Shown here: piece by piece, positions 1 through 9,680 of the stretch
Layout of the letters: every line of letters starts with the position of its first letter
Numbering within the stretch: the stretch's first letter is position 1
DNA from: an uncultured delta proteobacterium
Lineage (GTDB): Bacteria; Desulfobacterota; Binatia; UBA9968
Length of the DNA stretch: 42,724 nt
Reading direction: 5' to 3'
Assembly (NCBI GenBank): GCA_963847445.1
Contig: CAWJZV010000005.1
Span: forward strand, 1 to 42,724
Translations under genes and position numbers: made by a program
Notes under the pieces: model-generated
What the model saw: the letters and a program-made list of their open reading frames with translations, nothing else
What the model was told of the DNA's origin: nothing
Databases searched by the model: none

Positions 1-59
1 TCAAGCTAAGTTTTATTGGCCTAACTTGCGGTTCTTAAGGGTTTTATTGTGAAGATGTT

Positions 60-394
60 TTCACCACGAAGTGCTTCATAGCTTGCGCTCGCCTACATAA
101 AATGAAAATGGATGGGATTCCCTCCATAGGCGGTCTGCTTGACGCATCATTCCCGCGCACGCGGGAATCCAGGTGACGGACAGAGTCCGTCATACCGTTG
201 AAAAACGGTATCCAGGTGGATGATGGGTCTGGATGCCGGCCTGCGCCGGCATGTCGGAACCCCGCAGACTCTTCGATGTGCATATCATCCCCTCACATGT
301 GATCTTCGAAGAAGGACAGAAGATCACGAAGGTCGGAGTTAACTTGTCCGAATTATCCAAAACCTTCGTGTCTTTCGCGATCTTTGTGGTGAGA
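60..394 (-). repeat. Composite REP/MITE-like palindromic element; 60-262 is copy A of a ~200-bp dispersed repeat
   Basis: Reverse complement of 60-262 aligns by eye to 24734-24935. Three internal hairpins. Ends tcaccacgaag (61-71) and ctttgtggtga (382-392) are inverted (10/11). Confidence 0.8.
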
Positions 395-418
395 TCTCGT
401 CCATCATGATTCGAAGCG

Positions 419-448
419 TTGACACTGCTTCACTGTGGGAAGTAAGTT
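419..448 (+). promoter_or_regulatory. Putative sigma70 promoter of the cupin gene
   Basis: TTGACA(419-424)-N18-TAAGTT(443-448), followed by AGGAGG RBS before ATG 473. Confidence 0.5.
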
Positions 449-472
449 CGGCGCAGGTTCAGGAGGTAGTTT

Positions 473-1525
473 ATGGCCGGGCCGCAGAAAGAGTTTGAAG
501 TTCATCCCTATGTCCAGTTCATGATGGACAAGTACAGTCCGTACAAGAATTGGCTCAAGGCCGAGGGTGTGCCGATCGTCGGCGGTGAGTTTGTCCAGGA
601 CGTGCGCACCGAACCTCTGGGCTACTGGCCGCGCAAGGACTGCAAAGGGGCGATTTGCACTTTCTCCGATCAGATGGTGGCGGACGGCTATATTTGCGAG
701 ATCGACGCGGGGAAAAGCTCCAAACCGCAGCGCCAACTCTACGAAGAGATCATCACCATCGCCGCCGGGCGCGGCGCGACTTCGGTGTGGTATGACGGCA
801 CTGCGAAGCGGACCTTCGAATGGGAGCGCGGCAGCACCTTCGCGATTCCGTTGAACGCCTGGCACCAGCATTTCAATGCCAGCGGCAGCGAGCCGGCGCG
901 CTATTTCGCTCTGACCAGCCAGCCAGTAGCTTTCGAACTCTACCGCGACCCGGAATTCATCTATAATACTAACTATCAGTTCAAAGACCGCTTCGATCCC
1001 GGCGACGCCGAGTTCTTTGCCAAGGAAGGAAGATATTTCACCGAGTACTACGGCGGGATTTTGCACTCCAATTTCATCCCCGACATTCGCAAGATCAATT
1101 TAGTCGCGCGGGAAAAGCGCGGCAAAGGCACGCGCAACATGTACATCCACATGTCCGGCGGCTCGATGCTGGCGCATGTTTCGGAATTTCCCGTTGGCCG
1201 TTACAAGAAAGCGCACCGGCATGGCCCCGGCGCTCATGTATTTTTGCTCGACTCCACCGGCTACACGCTGATGTGGCAGGAGGGCGCAAAGCCGCAGCGC
1301 TACGACTGGCATGAAGGCACGGTGATCTCGCCGCCGGCGGGCTCCTGGCACCAGCATTACAACACCGGCAACCAGCCCTGTAAGTTTGTCGCGCTACACG
1401 CCAACACGGCGGTGCAAGGCGAAGAGCGCGGCGTCGAGCAGATCGAGTTCGAGGAAGGCGACGAGTGGATGCGGCAAATGTTCGCCGACGAGTGCGCTAA
1501 GAACGGCGTGAAGGTGGATATGTAG
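473..1525 (+). CDS. Bicupin-domain protein (gentisate-dioxygenase-like fold, substrate unknown)
   Basis: 350 aa ORF with strong RBS. Cupin motifs FAIPLNAWHQHFN, KAHRHGPG, PPAGSWHQHYN. Confidence 0.8.
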   Translation: MAGPQKEFEVHPYVQFMMDKYSPYKNWLKAEGVPIVGGEFVQDVRTEPLGYWPRKDCKGAICTFSDQMVADGYICEIDAGKSSKPQRQLYEEIITIAAGRGATSVWYDGTAKRTFEWERGSTFAIPLNAWHQHFNASGSEPARYFALTSQPVAFELYRDPEFIYNTNYQFKDRFDPGDAEFFAKEGRYFTEYYGGILHSNFIPDIRKINLVAREKRGKGTRNMYIHMSGGSMLAHVSEFPVGRYKKAHRHGPGAHVFLLDSTGYTLMWQEGAKPQRYDWHEGTVISPPAGSWHQHYNTGNQPCKFVALHANTAVQGEERGVEQIEFEEGDEWMRQMFADECAKNGVKVDM

Positions 1526-1568
1526 GGCGCCCAGAGCGCGCCTGAAAGATGCTTTGCGCGACGGAGCG

Positions 1569-1596
1569 ATAGGAGGCCGGGTTTTCCAACCCGCCA
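1569..1596. repeat. REP-like palindrome, copy 1
   Basis: ataggaggccgggttttccaacccgcca, 27/28 identical to 4088-4115. Confidence 0.7.
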
Positions 1597-1728
1597 TTGT
1601 CTACGCGTCGTTATCGGCGAAAACCGAAGAGATAGTTTTCCTGGCTTTCCGAAGGTGTGTCGCCGGTAGCCTATTGGCTGATGACGCCTTGGTGTGGGAG
1701 CGGGGCCGCCCGAATCAGCGGTGCAACG

Positions 1729-2725
1729 TCAATACGGCAGCCGGGTGCCGATGCCTTTTTCCAGAGCGCCGCGATAGATGTGATCGGCCATGGCGATGTC
1801 TTGGTTGACCAGGCCGATGGCGCGGATGAAGATGCGTTCCTGATCGGATTGCCGTCCTGGCTTTTTGCCGGAGAGTAGCTCCGGCAGCTCGGCGTAGAGA
1901 TCCTTTTCGCTCAAATAATTTTCTTTGATCATGCGCTGCATGTCCGACTTGTTTTTGCAGTGGAGCCAACTGTCGACGATGAACTTGTCGGCGTTTTTGT
2001 AAACTTCGCTGTCCACCTCCTGGTTCTTGCCGATGGAATAAACGGTTACTCCTTCGCCGAGCCAGCTGTCTTTCACGAATGGCGTCGATGTGGTGGTTGC
2101 CGAGATCACGACATCCGCGCCTTTGAGCGCTGCTTCGGTGGATTCCACTGCAACCACGTTTAGTCCGTATTCCTGTGCTGATTTCGCTTGCGTAGTTTTG
2201 CCGCGACTCGGGCGTGCGCGAGGTGACGCGGATTTCTTTTAGGTTGAACGCTCGCGCCATTACCGGCACGGCGGCGCGAGCGGTGTCGCCGGCGCCGAGC
2301 ATCGCCATCGTGCTGGCGCCCTTGCGCGCGAGTAGCCGCATGGCCACGGTTGCCGCCGCGGCGGTGCGCACGGCGTGGCACCAGTCTTCGTCCATGAATG
2401 CCAGGATCTCACCGCCTTCAAGATCGCTTAAGATCAATATCCTTCTCGGACCGCGCGGCGGGCGCGAGACATCGCGGCTGCCGCCGGCGGCTTTGATCGA
2501 ACGAATGCGAAAGCCAGCTACGGGCGATGTCTGCAACGCACAACCGGTAACCCAGGACTGCCAGCCTTGTTCTGGTTTGATCGCGAAGTCTTCCGGCGTC
2601 GACCAGGTGACCCGCCCCTCGCTGTGGTCGCGCAGCGCCTGCTCGGTGATCTCGATGGCGCGGCCGAGGTCGAGGACTTTTTTGACGTCGTTATTCGACA
2701 GGTAGAGGATGCCTTTGGTTTCCAT
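1729..2725 (-). CDS. Ornithine cyclodeaminase/mu-crystallin family protein (one frameshift near 2170, probably sequencing error)
   Basis: Joins ORFs 1715..2773 and 1729..2157. Motifs RTAAAA, LGAGDTA, GADVVISATT, GLVNQDIA. Confidence 0.85.
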
Positions 2726-2749
2726 AATCACCGTCCGGAATTTTTTTCT

Positions 2750-2884
2750 CCCGCAAAGCCGCAAAGGACGCAAAGTTCGGAAACATTATTCCTTCGCCCT
2801 TGCGGCAAAGGGCTAACATGCGGGTTTGTTGTAGGGGCGACCGGCGGTCGCCCTTGCCCTCACCTCTGTCCTCCGGGGAGAGGA
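2750..2884. repeat. Cluster of short REP-like palindromes
   Basis: cgcaaagccgcaaaggacgcaaag; GTAG-type gtaggggcgaccggcggtcgccct; ccctcacctctgtcctccggggagagg. Confidence 0.6.
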
Positions 2885-2899
2885 TGGAAGAATTCGGAT

Positions 2900-4037
2900 T
2901 TAGTTAATTACATCCAATCTTCGGCAGCCGCTGGTCAAAAACTCTTGGCCCTTATCTGTGATCAGCACATCTTCTTCGAGATGGACCGCGCTCTTCTCCG
3001 AGCGCACTTTCGGTTCCAGTGCGAGCACCATGCCGGGACGGTAGGTCTCGGTTTCGACTTCATTCAATGACGGCGGTTCCGCTCTCGACATGCCGATGCC
3101 GTGGCCGATGCGCTTGGGGCTGTCGACGGCTTGGTAGCCGCGCTTGATCAATTCGCGGTTGGCGACGCGCGAGACTTCTGCCAGCGGCGTGCCGACTTTC
3201 ATCGACTCGAAGCAGAGCTGAATTACGTCGCAGGCGGTCTCGTGATCTTTCTTGTGTTCCGCGGTCGGTTCGCCGAAGATCGCCATGCGCGTGATATCGC
3301 CGTAGTAGCCTTCGTAGCAGGCGCCGAAATCGGCGATCATGCGGTCGCCCTTTTCGTAGCGCCGGTCGTCGTAGCGGGTCGACGAATTTAACATTAAGAA
3401 ATCCCGGATGGCGCGGATGGGCACCTTCCTGGATCATCGAAATATAGAGACGGTCGGCGACTTCGCGGCGGGTCATGCCGGGCTTTAGCTGCGGCAGGCA
3501 GCGGTCGTAGGCTTTGACGGAAATCTCGCAAGCTTTGCGCAGGAAGTCGATTTCCCGCGGGCTCTTGATGATGCGCATCTCGTTCAGTGCGGCAGTGCCG
3601 TCTTTGACTTGCGCTTTCGGTAGAGCTTCGGTGAGGCCGGACAGATAGTTCACCGGTATACCCAAGCGCTGATCGTCGCCGAGTTCGAATCCCAGTTTGC
3701 TTTCGCCCAGCCCCATTTCCTTGATGCTGGCGGCGATCATTTCCTGGGGAAAAGGCACATCGGTGTAAGATCTCACTTCGCCGACCCAGGGCAGCGCTTT
3801 GGCCTTAGCTTTGTCGTTGCCGTAGACCAGCAGGAGCGGTTTGCCGGTCTTGGGAAGGATGCAGATCTGTGGTCGCTGGATGTGGTCAAGCTGGTAGCTG
3901 ATCAGGCCGCTGAAGTACCAGTAGTTATTCTTCTCGGAAACGACTAGGGCGTCGAGACCGTCGCGCTGCATGAGCGCCTGGGCGCGCGCATGGCGGTCGA
4001 AGTATTCTTGATCGACGAAAGGGGATTCGGTGGCCAT
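2900..4037 (-). CDS. M24 family (Xaa-Pro peptidase-like) metallohydrolase (frameshift near 3398)
   Basis: Creatinase-N-like N-terminus. Motifs R.IKS..EI, DFG, GYYGDITR, GHGIG, LEP, EED. RBS AGGAG 8 nt upstream. Confidence 0.85.
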
Positions 4038-4087
4038 GGGCAAAGCTCCTCATCAATTGTATGAAACCTACGTGCGCCATTGGTTCT

Positions 4088-4141
4088 ATAGGAGGGCGGG
4101 TTTTCCAACCCGCCAGGCGGACAGGAATGTCCGCCCTCCCT
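4088..4141. repeat. REP-like palindrome, copy 2, plus second hairpin (possible terminator)
   Basis: Matches 1569-1596, followed by hairpin ggcggaca-ggaa-tgtccgcc. Confidence 0.65.
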
Positions 4142-4145
4142 TCCG

Positions 4146-4853
4146 TTAAATTGCTACAGCTTTTCTGCCTTCCATTCGTTTGATCTTATTCACGTAGTCT
4201 AACGCTTCCGAGAGCTGGATCACCGAGGCGTACTTGGCGTTCATCTCGAAGAGATTGACCAAGTGCGAAGTGCGCGAGCGGTCGAAGATGCATTCCTCGA
4301 CCGGGAACACCGGGTAGCCGTAGGAGTAGCCGTCGAGCACGGTGCCGCGCACGCAGCCGCAGGTGCTGGTGCCGGCGATCAGCAGGCTGTCGATGTTTTT
4401 GCGCACCAGATAAGTGATCAAGTGGGTGCCGAAGAAGGCGCTGGCTCGCGCTTTGCGCACGATGAATTCGTTGTCGCGCGGTTTGATCATCTCGGGGAAC
4501 TCCACGGCGAGTTTCTCGAAATCGGTCTTGTCGACGCCGCGTTTGGTGGCGTTGCCGAAAGCGGCTTTGAAATCGGGATCGCTGGTGGAATAGATTACCG
4601 GAATCTCGGCGTCGCGGCAGGCGTGGAGCAGTTCTTTGATCTTCGGCAGCGCGTCCCAGGCCACCTGGCCGCAGCTGGTGGGAAACTCGTCGATCGCCTC
4701 CATCACCGGCATCGGTTTGGTGCCGGTGAAGCCGGTAATGACGTCGATGATGATCAGCGCCGGGTTGACGCCGAACTTTTCTTTGCCTTTGTAACCGGCC
4801 TTCTCGTAAATCTTTCGTTCTTCTTCGGGAACGAACGCTTCCCAGTCGCGCAT
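4146..4853 (-). CDS. Isochorismatase-family cysteine hydrolase (maleamate/N-carbamoylsarcosine amidase-like)
   Basis: Triad motifs PALIIIDV, KARASAFFGT, GTSTCGCVRGT. RBS supports start at MRDWE (4853). Confidence 0.85.
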   Translation of the reverse strand: MRDWEAFVPEEERKIYEKAGYKGKEKFGVNPALIIIDVITGFTGTKPMPVMEAIDEFPTSCGQVAWDALPKIKELLHACRDAEIPVIYSTSDPDFKAAFGNATKRGVDKTDFEKLAVEFPEMIKPRDNEFIVRKARASAFFGTHLITYLVRKNIDSLLIAGTSTCGCVRGTVLDGYSYGYPVFPVEECIFDRSRTSHLVNLFEMNAKYASVIQLSEALDYVNKIKRMEGRKAVAI

Positions 4854-4931
4854 AATAATTTCTCCTGTCGAATTCAATTGTTGAGTGAGTTGCTGATTTT
4901 CAGTGGAGTCGGTGTCGGTCTGGACGTTTTC

Positions 4932-5041
4932 GTTCAAGCCGTTCAACCGCTCGCTCAGTTCAATCGCTTCGCTCCGTTCAAACCGTCAGACTTCGCAATG
5001 GGGCGGGGACTCCTAACTCCTAACTATTTACTCCTTACGCC
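4932..5041. repeat. Short tandem repeats: (c)gttcaa units then heptamer actccta/actcctt units
   Basis: gttcaa units recur inverted at 40572-40619. Heptamer runs recur at about 9486-9517, 14447-14481 and 34759-34779. Confidence 0.6.
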
Positions 5042-5046
5042 ATTCT

Positions 5047-6114
5047 TCACGGTGAAAACAGCTTGTCGCCGCGCTGGGTCATGAACAGTTCAAGCGGCAA
5101 TTCGGTGCCGATGCCTTTTTCTTTGGCTTTGTCGTACATTTTTCTGGCGGTGACGGCGAACTGAATGCCCATGCCGGTGTTGTTTTTGAAAAAAGTGATT
5201 TCTTGATCGCTCTGGCGGCCGCGGCAATTGCCGTTGACCAGTTCGCCCAGCTCATGGAGGTCTTCGGCTTTGACCAGGCCGCGTTCCAAGCGGTCGTGAA
5301 ATTCGGCTTGCTTGTCGAGAAAGATCTGCGCTTTGTAGCCGACGACGATTAGATGCGCTTTCAACACCGCCTCGTCGTCCAGCTCTTTTCTCGGCAAGAA
5401 ACCGTCGCCGCCGACGATGCTGTTGAGATGCATGCCGGGTTCGATCCATTTGCCCAAGATCACCGGATCGACGGTGTTGGTCGCCGCGGTGACGATGTCG
5501 CTGCCGCGGACCGCTTCTTCGGCGGAATTCATCGGTATGACTTCGATGCCGGTTTCTGCGCTCACTTCCTTGGCGAATTTTTCCCGGTTCGCCTTGGTCG
5601 GGCTGTAGACTTTGACCTTGGTTAGTTTGCGCACGCAGGCATGGGCGGTGACTTGGGTTTTGGCCTGTTCGCCGGAGCCGAGCAGGGCCATGACGCTGGC
5701 GTCTTTGCGCGCCAGGTAATTGCTCGCCACCGCGCTGGTGGCGCCGACGCGCATGGTCGAGATGTAGTGATCGTCCATGATCGCCAAGATATTGCAGGTG
5801 TCCATGTCGAAGAGCATGACCAGGCCGATGAAGTCGCCGGGATAGACGCGCCGCTTGCTGCCGTCGACCTCGATTTCCTTGGAAAAGCTCGAGTCGATGC
5901 GCAACGCCATCGACTTCATGCCGGGCACCAGCCCCATGATGTTGTTGAAATAATACTGGCCGCCTTCCTCTTTCCACGGCGTGCGCAGACGGGCGCGCGG
6001 CGCGAGCATCGCCTTGCCCTGGCCCAACTCGCGAAACGCCAACTCGATGGCGTCGATTTCCTCGGCCATCGGCAGCAAGTTTTCCATCTGATGATTTTTT
6101 AGGACGAGGACCAT
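5047..6114 (-). CDS. Ornithine cyclodeaminase family protein
   Basis: Intact 355 aa ORF. Motifs MRVGATSA, LGSGEQA, SDIVTAAT, FKNNTGMGIQ. Confidence 0.9.
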   Translation of the reverse strand: MVLVLKNHQMENLLPMAEEIDAIELAFRELGQGKAMLAPRARLRTPWKEEGGQYYFNNIMGLVPGMKSMALRIDSSFSKEIEVDGSKRRVYPGDFIGLVMLFDMDTCNILAIMDDHYISTMRVGATSAVASNYLARKDASVMALLGSGEQAKTQVTAHACVRKLTKVKVYSPTKANREKFAKEVSAETGIEVIPMNSAEEAVRGSDIVTAATNTVDPVILGKWIEPGMHLNSIVGGDGFLPRKELDDEAVLKAHLIVVGYKAQIFLDKQAEFHDRLERGLVKAEDLHELGELVNGNCRGRQSDQEITFFKNNTGMGIQFAVTARKMYDKAKEKGIGTELPLELFMTQRGDKLFSP

Positions 6115-6193
6115 GCAGTTCTCCTTAGATGCTCTGCCTACAACAGAGCTCGAAGCGGAGTCAAGGCTGCGGCGAAAGTAACCGCAGGAGTAG

Positions 6194-6231
6194 AAAAACC
6201 AAGGGCTGAGAAACTATTCTCAGCCCTTGGT
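6194..6231 (-). terminator. Rho-independent terminator of the ferredoxin gene
   Basis: Perfect 15-bp stem accaagggctgagaa/ttctcagcccttggt with a 4-nt loop and a T-run on the minus strand. Confidence 0.8.
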
Positions 6232-6257
6232 AAAACCGCGAATCAGGTGGTTAGAGG

Positions 6258-6530
6258 TTAGCCTTTCTTTGCTTTGTACCAGTCGGCGTCGATTTGAATA
6301 TACTGTTTCCACTTATCTGGAACCGCCGCTTCCTCAAAGATCGCCTCAACCGGACAGACCGGCTCGCAAGCGCCGCAGTCGATGCACTCCTCGGGATCGA
6401 TATAGAGCTTAGTTTCTTTCTCGAATTCTTCGGTCTCGTTCTTGGTCGGGTGAATACAATCAACCGGGCAGACATCGACGCAGGCAGTGTCTTTGGTCCC
6501 GATGCAGGGTTCAGCAATAATATAGGTCAT
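6258..6530 (-). CDS. 7Fe/8Fe-type dicluster ferredoxin (FdxA-like)
   Basis: [26 protein letters not shown] and [12 protein letters not shown] motifs; GGAGG RBS. Confidence 0.92.
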   Translation of the reverse strand: MTYIIAEPCIGTKDTACVDVCPVDCIHPTKNETEEFEKETKLYIDPEECIDCGACEPVCPVEAIFEEAAVPDKWKQYIQIDADWYKAKKG

Positions 6531-6678
6531 CTATTCCTCCTAGATTCAGACTCCAACCTAGTTAGCAAATCGACTCTCGCATGTCAATTTATCGTGCACT
6601 TTCCGCGGCGTTGGAAGCGCCACTGCCCACCTTGACCCTTTCAATGGGCCGATGTTAGATGAAGCTTAATCGAGATCG

Positions 6679-7770
6679 GTGGAAACCATCATGCTGCGGC
6701 TGATTTTTTGCTTTTTCTTCTATTCCGCGACCTTTGGCTTGGTCGAGTGGTCCAAACCATTGCTTGCGGCGACGGCCGACGAGGCTGCCAAGAGTCTGCG
6801 CAACCTCAGCGCGCCGCAGCGCAAGAGCTTGCTTGAGGAGGGCGCGCGCAAGGAAGGCGAGGCGGTTTGGTACACCTCGATGAGCTTGACCGACTTCCCC
6901 AAGATCGTCGGCGCTTTCGAGAAGAGTCATCCTTATGTCAGGATCAAAACCAGCCGCTTGTCGCAATCTTCGATCATGCCGAAGATCGAAACCGAAGCGC
7001 GCGCCGGACACCACGCCGTCGATTTGGTCGCCTCGTCGCCGTTGGAGATGTGGGAACTCAAGCAGCGCAATTTCTCCACGCCCTATCTTTCGCCTGAACT
7101 CAAAGCGTTCCCCGCCGGTTCATTCGACCCGCAGGGTTACTGGTCGTCGACGGAAGTCACGCCCATCGTGCTCGCCTTGAATACTAAATTGGTCGCCCCT
7201 GACGACGCGCCCAGGAGCTATCAGGATCTGTTGAACCCCAAGTGGCGCGGCAAGATGAATTTTGGCAGCGATGAATACGCCTGGTATTCGGTTCTGCTCG
7301 ACGGTATGGGCAAGGCCAAGGGTATGGATTTTATGCGCGCGCTGGCGCGCCAGCAGCTGCATATTCCCGGCGGCAGCAGCATCATGCGCTTGCAGTTGAT
7401 GCTCGCCGGTGAATCCTCGATGGTGATCGCGGCGCGGGGCCGACGCGCCACCGAGTATAAGGAAAAAGGCGCGCCGGTGGACTATCGTTTGCTCGATCCC
7501 TATCCTGCCGAGCCTCTCGGTTTTGCTTTGATGCGCCGGGCGGCCCATCCGCATGCGTCGATGCTGTTCATCGACTGGATGCTTTCTGAAGAAGGCCAGA
7601 CCGTGTTAGCCCAGCAGGTGCCGCGGATTACCTTACGTAAAGGCGTCAAACAGATTCCCCGCCATCAGGAGCTTTACAAGAAAGAGTTCGTCTACGTCAA
7701 TCCAGCCTATCTCGGCGCTAATTTGACCGAATTGATCGCTTCCTACCAGCAGGTTTTTAACATCCGCTAA
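6679..7770 (+). CDS. ABC transporter extracellular solute-binding protein (Fe3+/thiamine-like family)
   Basis: Signal-peptide-like N-terminus. Motifs ARKEGEAVWYTS, PRSYQDLLNPKWRGK, AAHPHASMLFIDWMLSEEGQ. Confidence 0.85.
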   Translation: METIMLRLIFCFFFYSATFGLVEWSKPLLAATADEAAKSLRNLSAPQRKSLLEEGARKEGEAVWYTSMSLTDFPKIVGAFEKSHPYVRIKTSRLSQSSIMPKIETEARAGHHAVDLVASSPLEMWELKQRNFSTPYLSPELKAFPAGSFDPQGYWSSTEVTPIVLALNTKLVAPDDAPRSYQDLLNPKWRGKMNFGSDEYAWYSVLLDGMGKAKGMDFMRALARQQLHIPGGSSIMRLQLMLAGESSMVIAARGRRATEYKEKGAPVDYRLLDPYPAEPLGFALMRRAAHPHASMLFIDWMLSEEGQTVLAQQVPRITLRKGVKQIPRHQELYKKEFVYVNPAYLGANLTELIASYQQVFNIR

Positions 7771-7873
7771 GCGCAGGTCATAGTTCAACTTGCTTCTGGC
7801 TCAGCTGTGCGGTGGGGGAGAGATTTCTCGCTGCGCTCGCAATGACAGACTGCGGCTGGTAAATTTAATAAGC

Positions 7874-8323
7874 ATGGCTGTTGAAATCTCCCGGTTGGGC
7901 GCCGGGACCAGGTATCCGACCGCGGCGTTGCGTAGGATCGCCGAGACTCTCCTTCGAGCCGTCAAGCAAAGCCGCGCCGAGCTCAGCATCGCTCTGGTGG
8001 GTGACCGGGAAATGCGTCCGCTCAACGCCAAGTATCGTAAAAAAGACCAAACCACCGATGTGCTGTCCTTCTTCGTCGTGGACCAGCCGATGTCGGTGGG
8101 CAAAATCCTCGGCGACGTGGTGATCTCGGTCGAACAGGCGCGGCGCCAGGCGAAGGAGCGCGGTAAGACGCTCAAGAGCGAGCTGGTGACTCTATTGATT
8201 CACGGTATCCTGCACCTGCTCGGCTACGATCATGAAAAATCGCCGCGCCAGGCGCAGATCATGTTCGCTTATGAGCGGAAACTTCATGCCCACCTTTGTG
8301 ACCGCGGGCTATTGAAGTTATAA
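7874..8323 (+). CDS. ybeY: rRNA maturation endoribonuclease YbeY
   Basis: Motifs LNAKYRKKDQTTDVLSF, LGDVVIS, HGILHLLGYDH. Confidence 0.95.
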   Translation: MAVEISRLGAGTRYPTAALRRIAETLLRAVKQSRAELSIALVGDREMRPLNAKYRKKDQTTDVLSFFVVDQPMSVGKILGDVVISVEQARRQAKERGKTLKSELVTLLIHGILHLLGYDHEKSPRQAQIMFAYERKLHAHLCDRGLLKL

Positions 8324-8324
8324 T
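8296..8324 (+). promoter_or_regulatory. Putative sigma70 promoter for prfB inside the ybeY 3' end
   Basis: TTGTGA-N17-TATAAT. Confidence 0.5.
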
Positions 8325-8373
8325 ACTGAACAGCTAGCAGTCATCAGGTCCCAGCAGTCGGAAGAAAGAAGCA

Positions 8374-9478
8374 ATGATCGAAGAAACCACCGAACAACTT
8401 ACCCACCTCGAAGGGCGTCTTGAGCAGTTGCGGAGGCGGCTTTGACGTCGACAGTAAGCAGAAGCGTGTCGAAGAGCTGAGCCAACTCACCGCCCAGCCC
8501 GATTTCTGGAACGACGCCGACAAAGCCCAAACCGTTCTCAAAGAACAGTCCGCTCTCAAAACGGTTCTCTCGAGTTGGGAAAAACATCAAGCCGATCTTG
8601 AAGAAGCGCGGTTTTTTCTCGACGTCGCCAGAGACGAGAAAAGCGAAGACGCGCTCGGCGAAGCCGCCGGCAAAGTCGCGGCGATCACCAAGGAGATGGC
8701 CCAGACCGAGCTTACTCAGCTGCTCGGCGATCCCGACGACCGGCGTAACGCTCTGATTACGCTTCATCCCGGCGCCGGCGGCACCGAGGCGCAGGACTGG
8801 GCCGAGATTCTCCTGCGCATGTATTTGCGCTGGTGCGACCGGCGCGGTTATCGCAAAGAGATACTCGACTATCAGCCGGGCGAGGAAGCGGGGGTGAAAA
8901 GCGTTACGTTCAGCGTTACCGGCGACTATGCTTACGGCTATCTCAAAGCCGAAGCCGGAATTCACCGCTTGGTGCGGATCTCTCCCTTCGATGCCAACTC
9001 GCGCCGCCATACATCGTTCGCTTCGGTCTTCGTTTATCCCGAGGTCGACGACGATATTAAAATCGAAATTAACGATGACGATCTGCGCGTCGATACCTAC
9101 CGCTCCAGCGGCGCCGGCGGCCAGCATGTCAACAAGACCGATTCGGCGGTGCGCTTGACCCATCTGCCGACCAATATCGTGGTCGCCTGTCAAAACGAAC
9201 GTTCGCAGCATAAGAACCGCGCCATGGCGATGAAGATTCTAAAATCGCGGCTCTACGAACTCGAGGTCAAGAAACAAAAAGAAAAGATGGAGTCCTATCA
9301 CAAGACCAAGAAAGACATCGCCTGGGGCAGCCAGATCCGCTCCTATGTGCTCGCGCCCTACCGCCTGGTCAAGGACCACCGCACCAATGTCGAGGTCGGC
9401 AACGCCGACGCGGTGCTCGACGGCGATCTCGATCAGTTCATCGAAGCCTATCTCCTGATGGCGGACGAGCCGGTTTAA
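8374..9478 (+). CDS. prfB: Peptide chain release factor 2 with programmed +1 frameshift
   Basis: ATG 8374 reads 23 codons to CTT-TGA-C. The +1 frame carries SPF and GGQ motifs. Confidence 0.97.
8432..8446 (+). promoter_or_regulatory. RF2 autoregulatory frameshift cassette
   Basis: Internal SD GGAGG (8432-8436), 3-nt spacer, then CTT TGA C (8440-8446). Confidence 0.95.
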
Positions 9479-9680
9479 GTTTAAGAAGGTGAGGGGTAAG
9501 GAGTGAGGGGCAAGGCGTCCGCCCCGCCCAGCCGCGCGGAACTTTTCGGCAACTTCCATCGTTGTGACGACATCTAAACAATTGCGATGGCTGGGTGTGT
9601 CCAGTTTTTGGCTTGCACCGATTCGATCAAGATGATTTTCTCGGCATCGATCAAGTTCGCAGTCAATCGCGGGAGGGGTT

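Noticed and set aside
44-283. 79-aa ORF and its look-alikes at 24607-24934
   Set aside because: These are translations of the palindromic repeat, not genes.
4932-5041. CRISPR array
   Set aside because: Units are 6-7 nt with no unique spacers, and there are no cas genes in the window.
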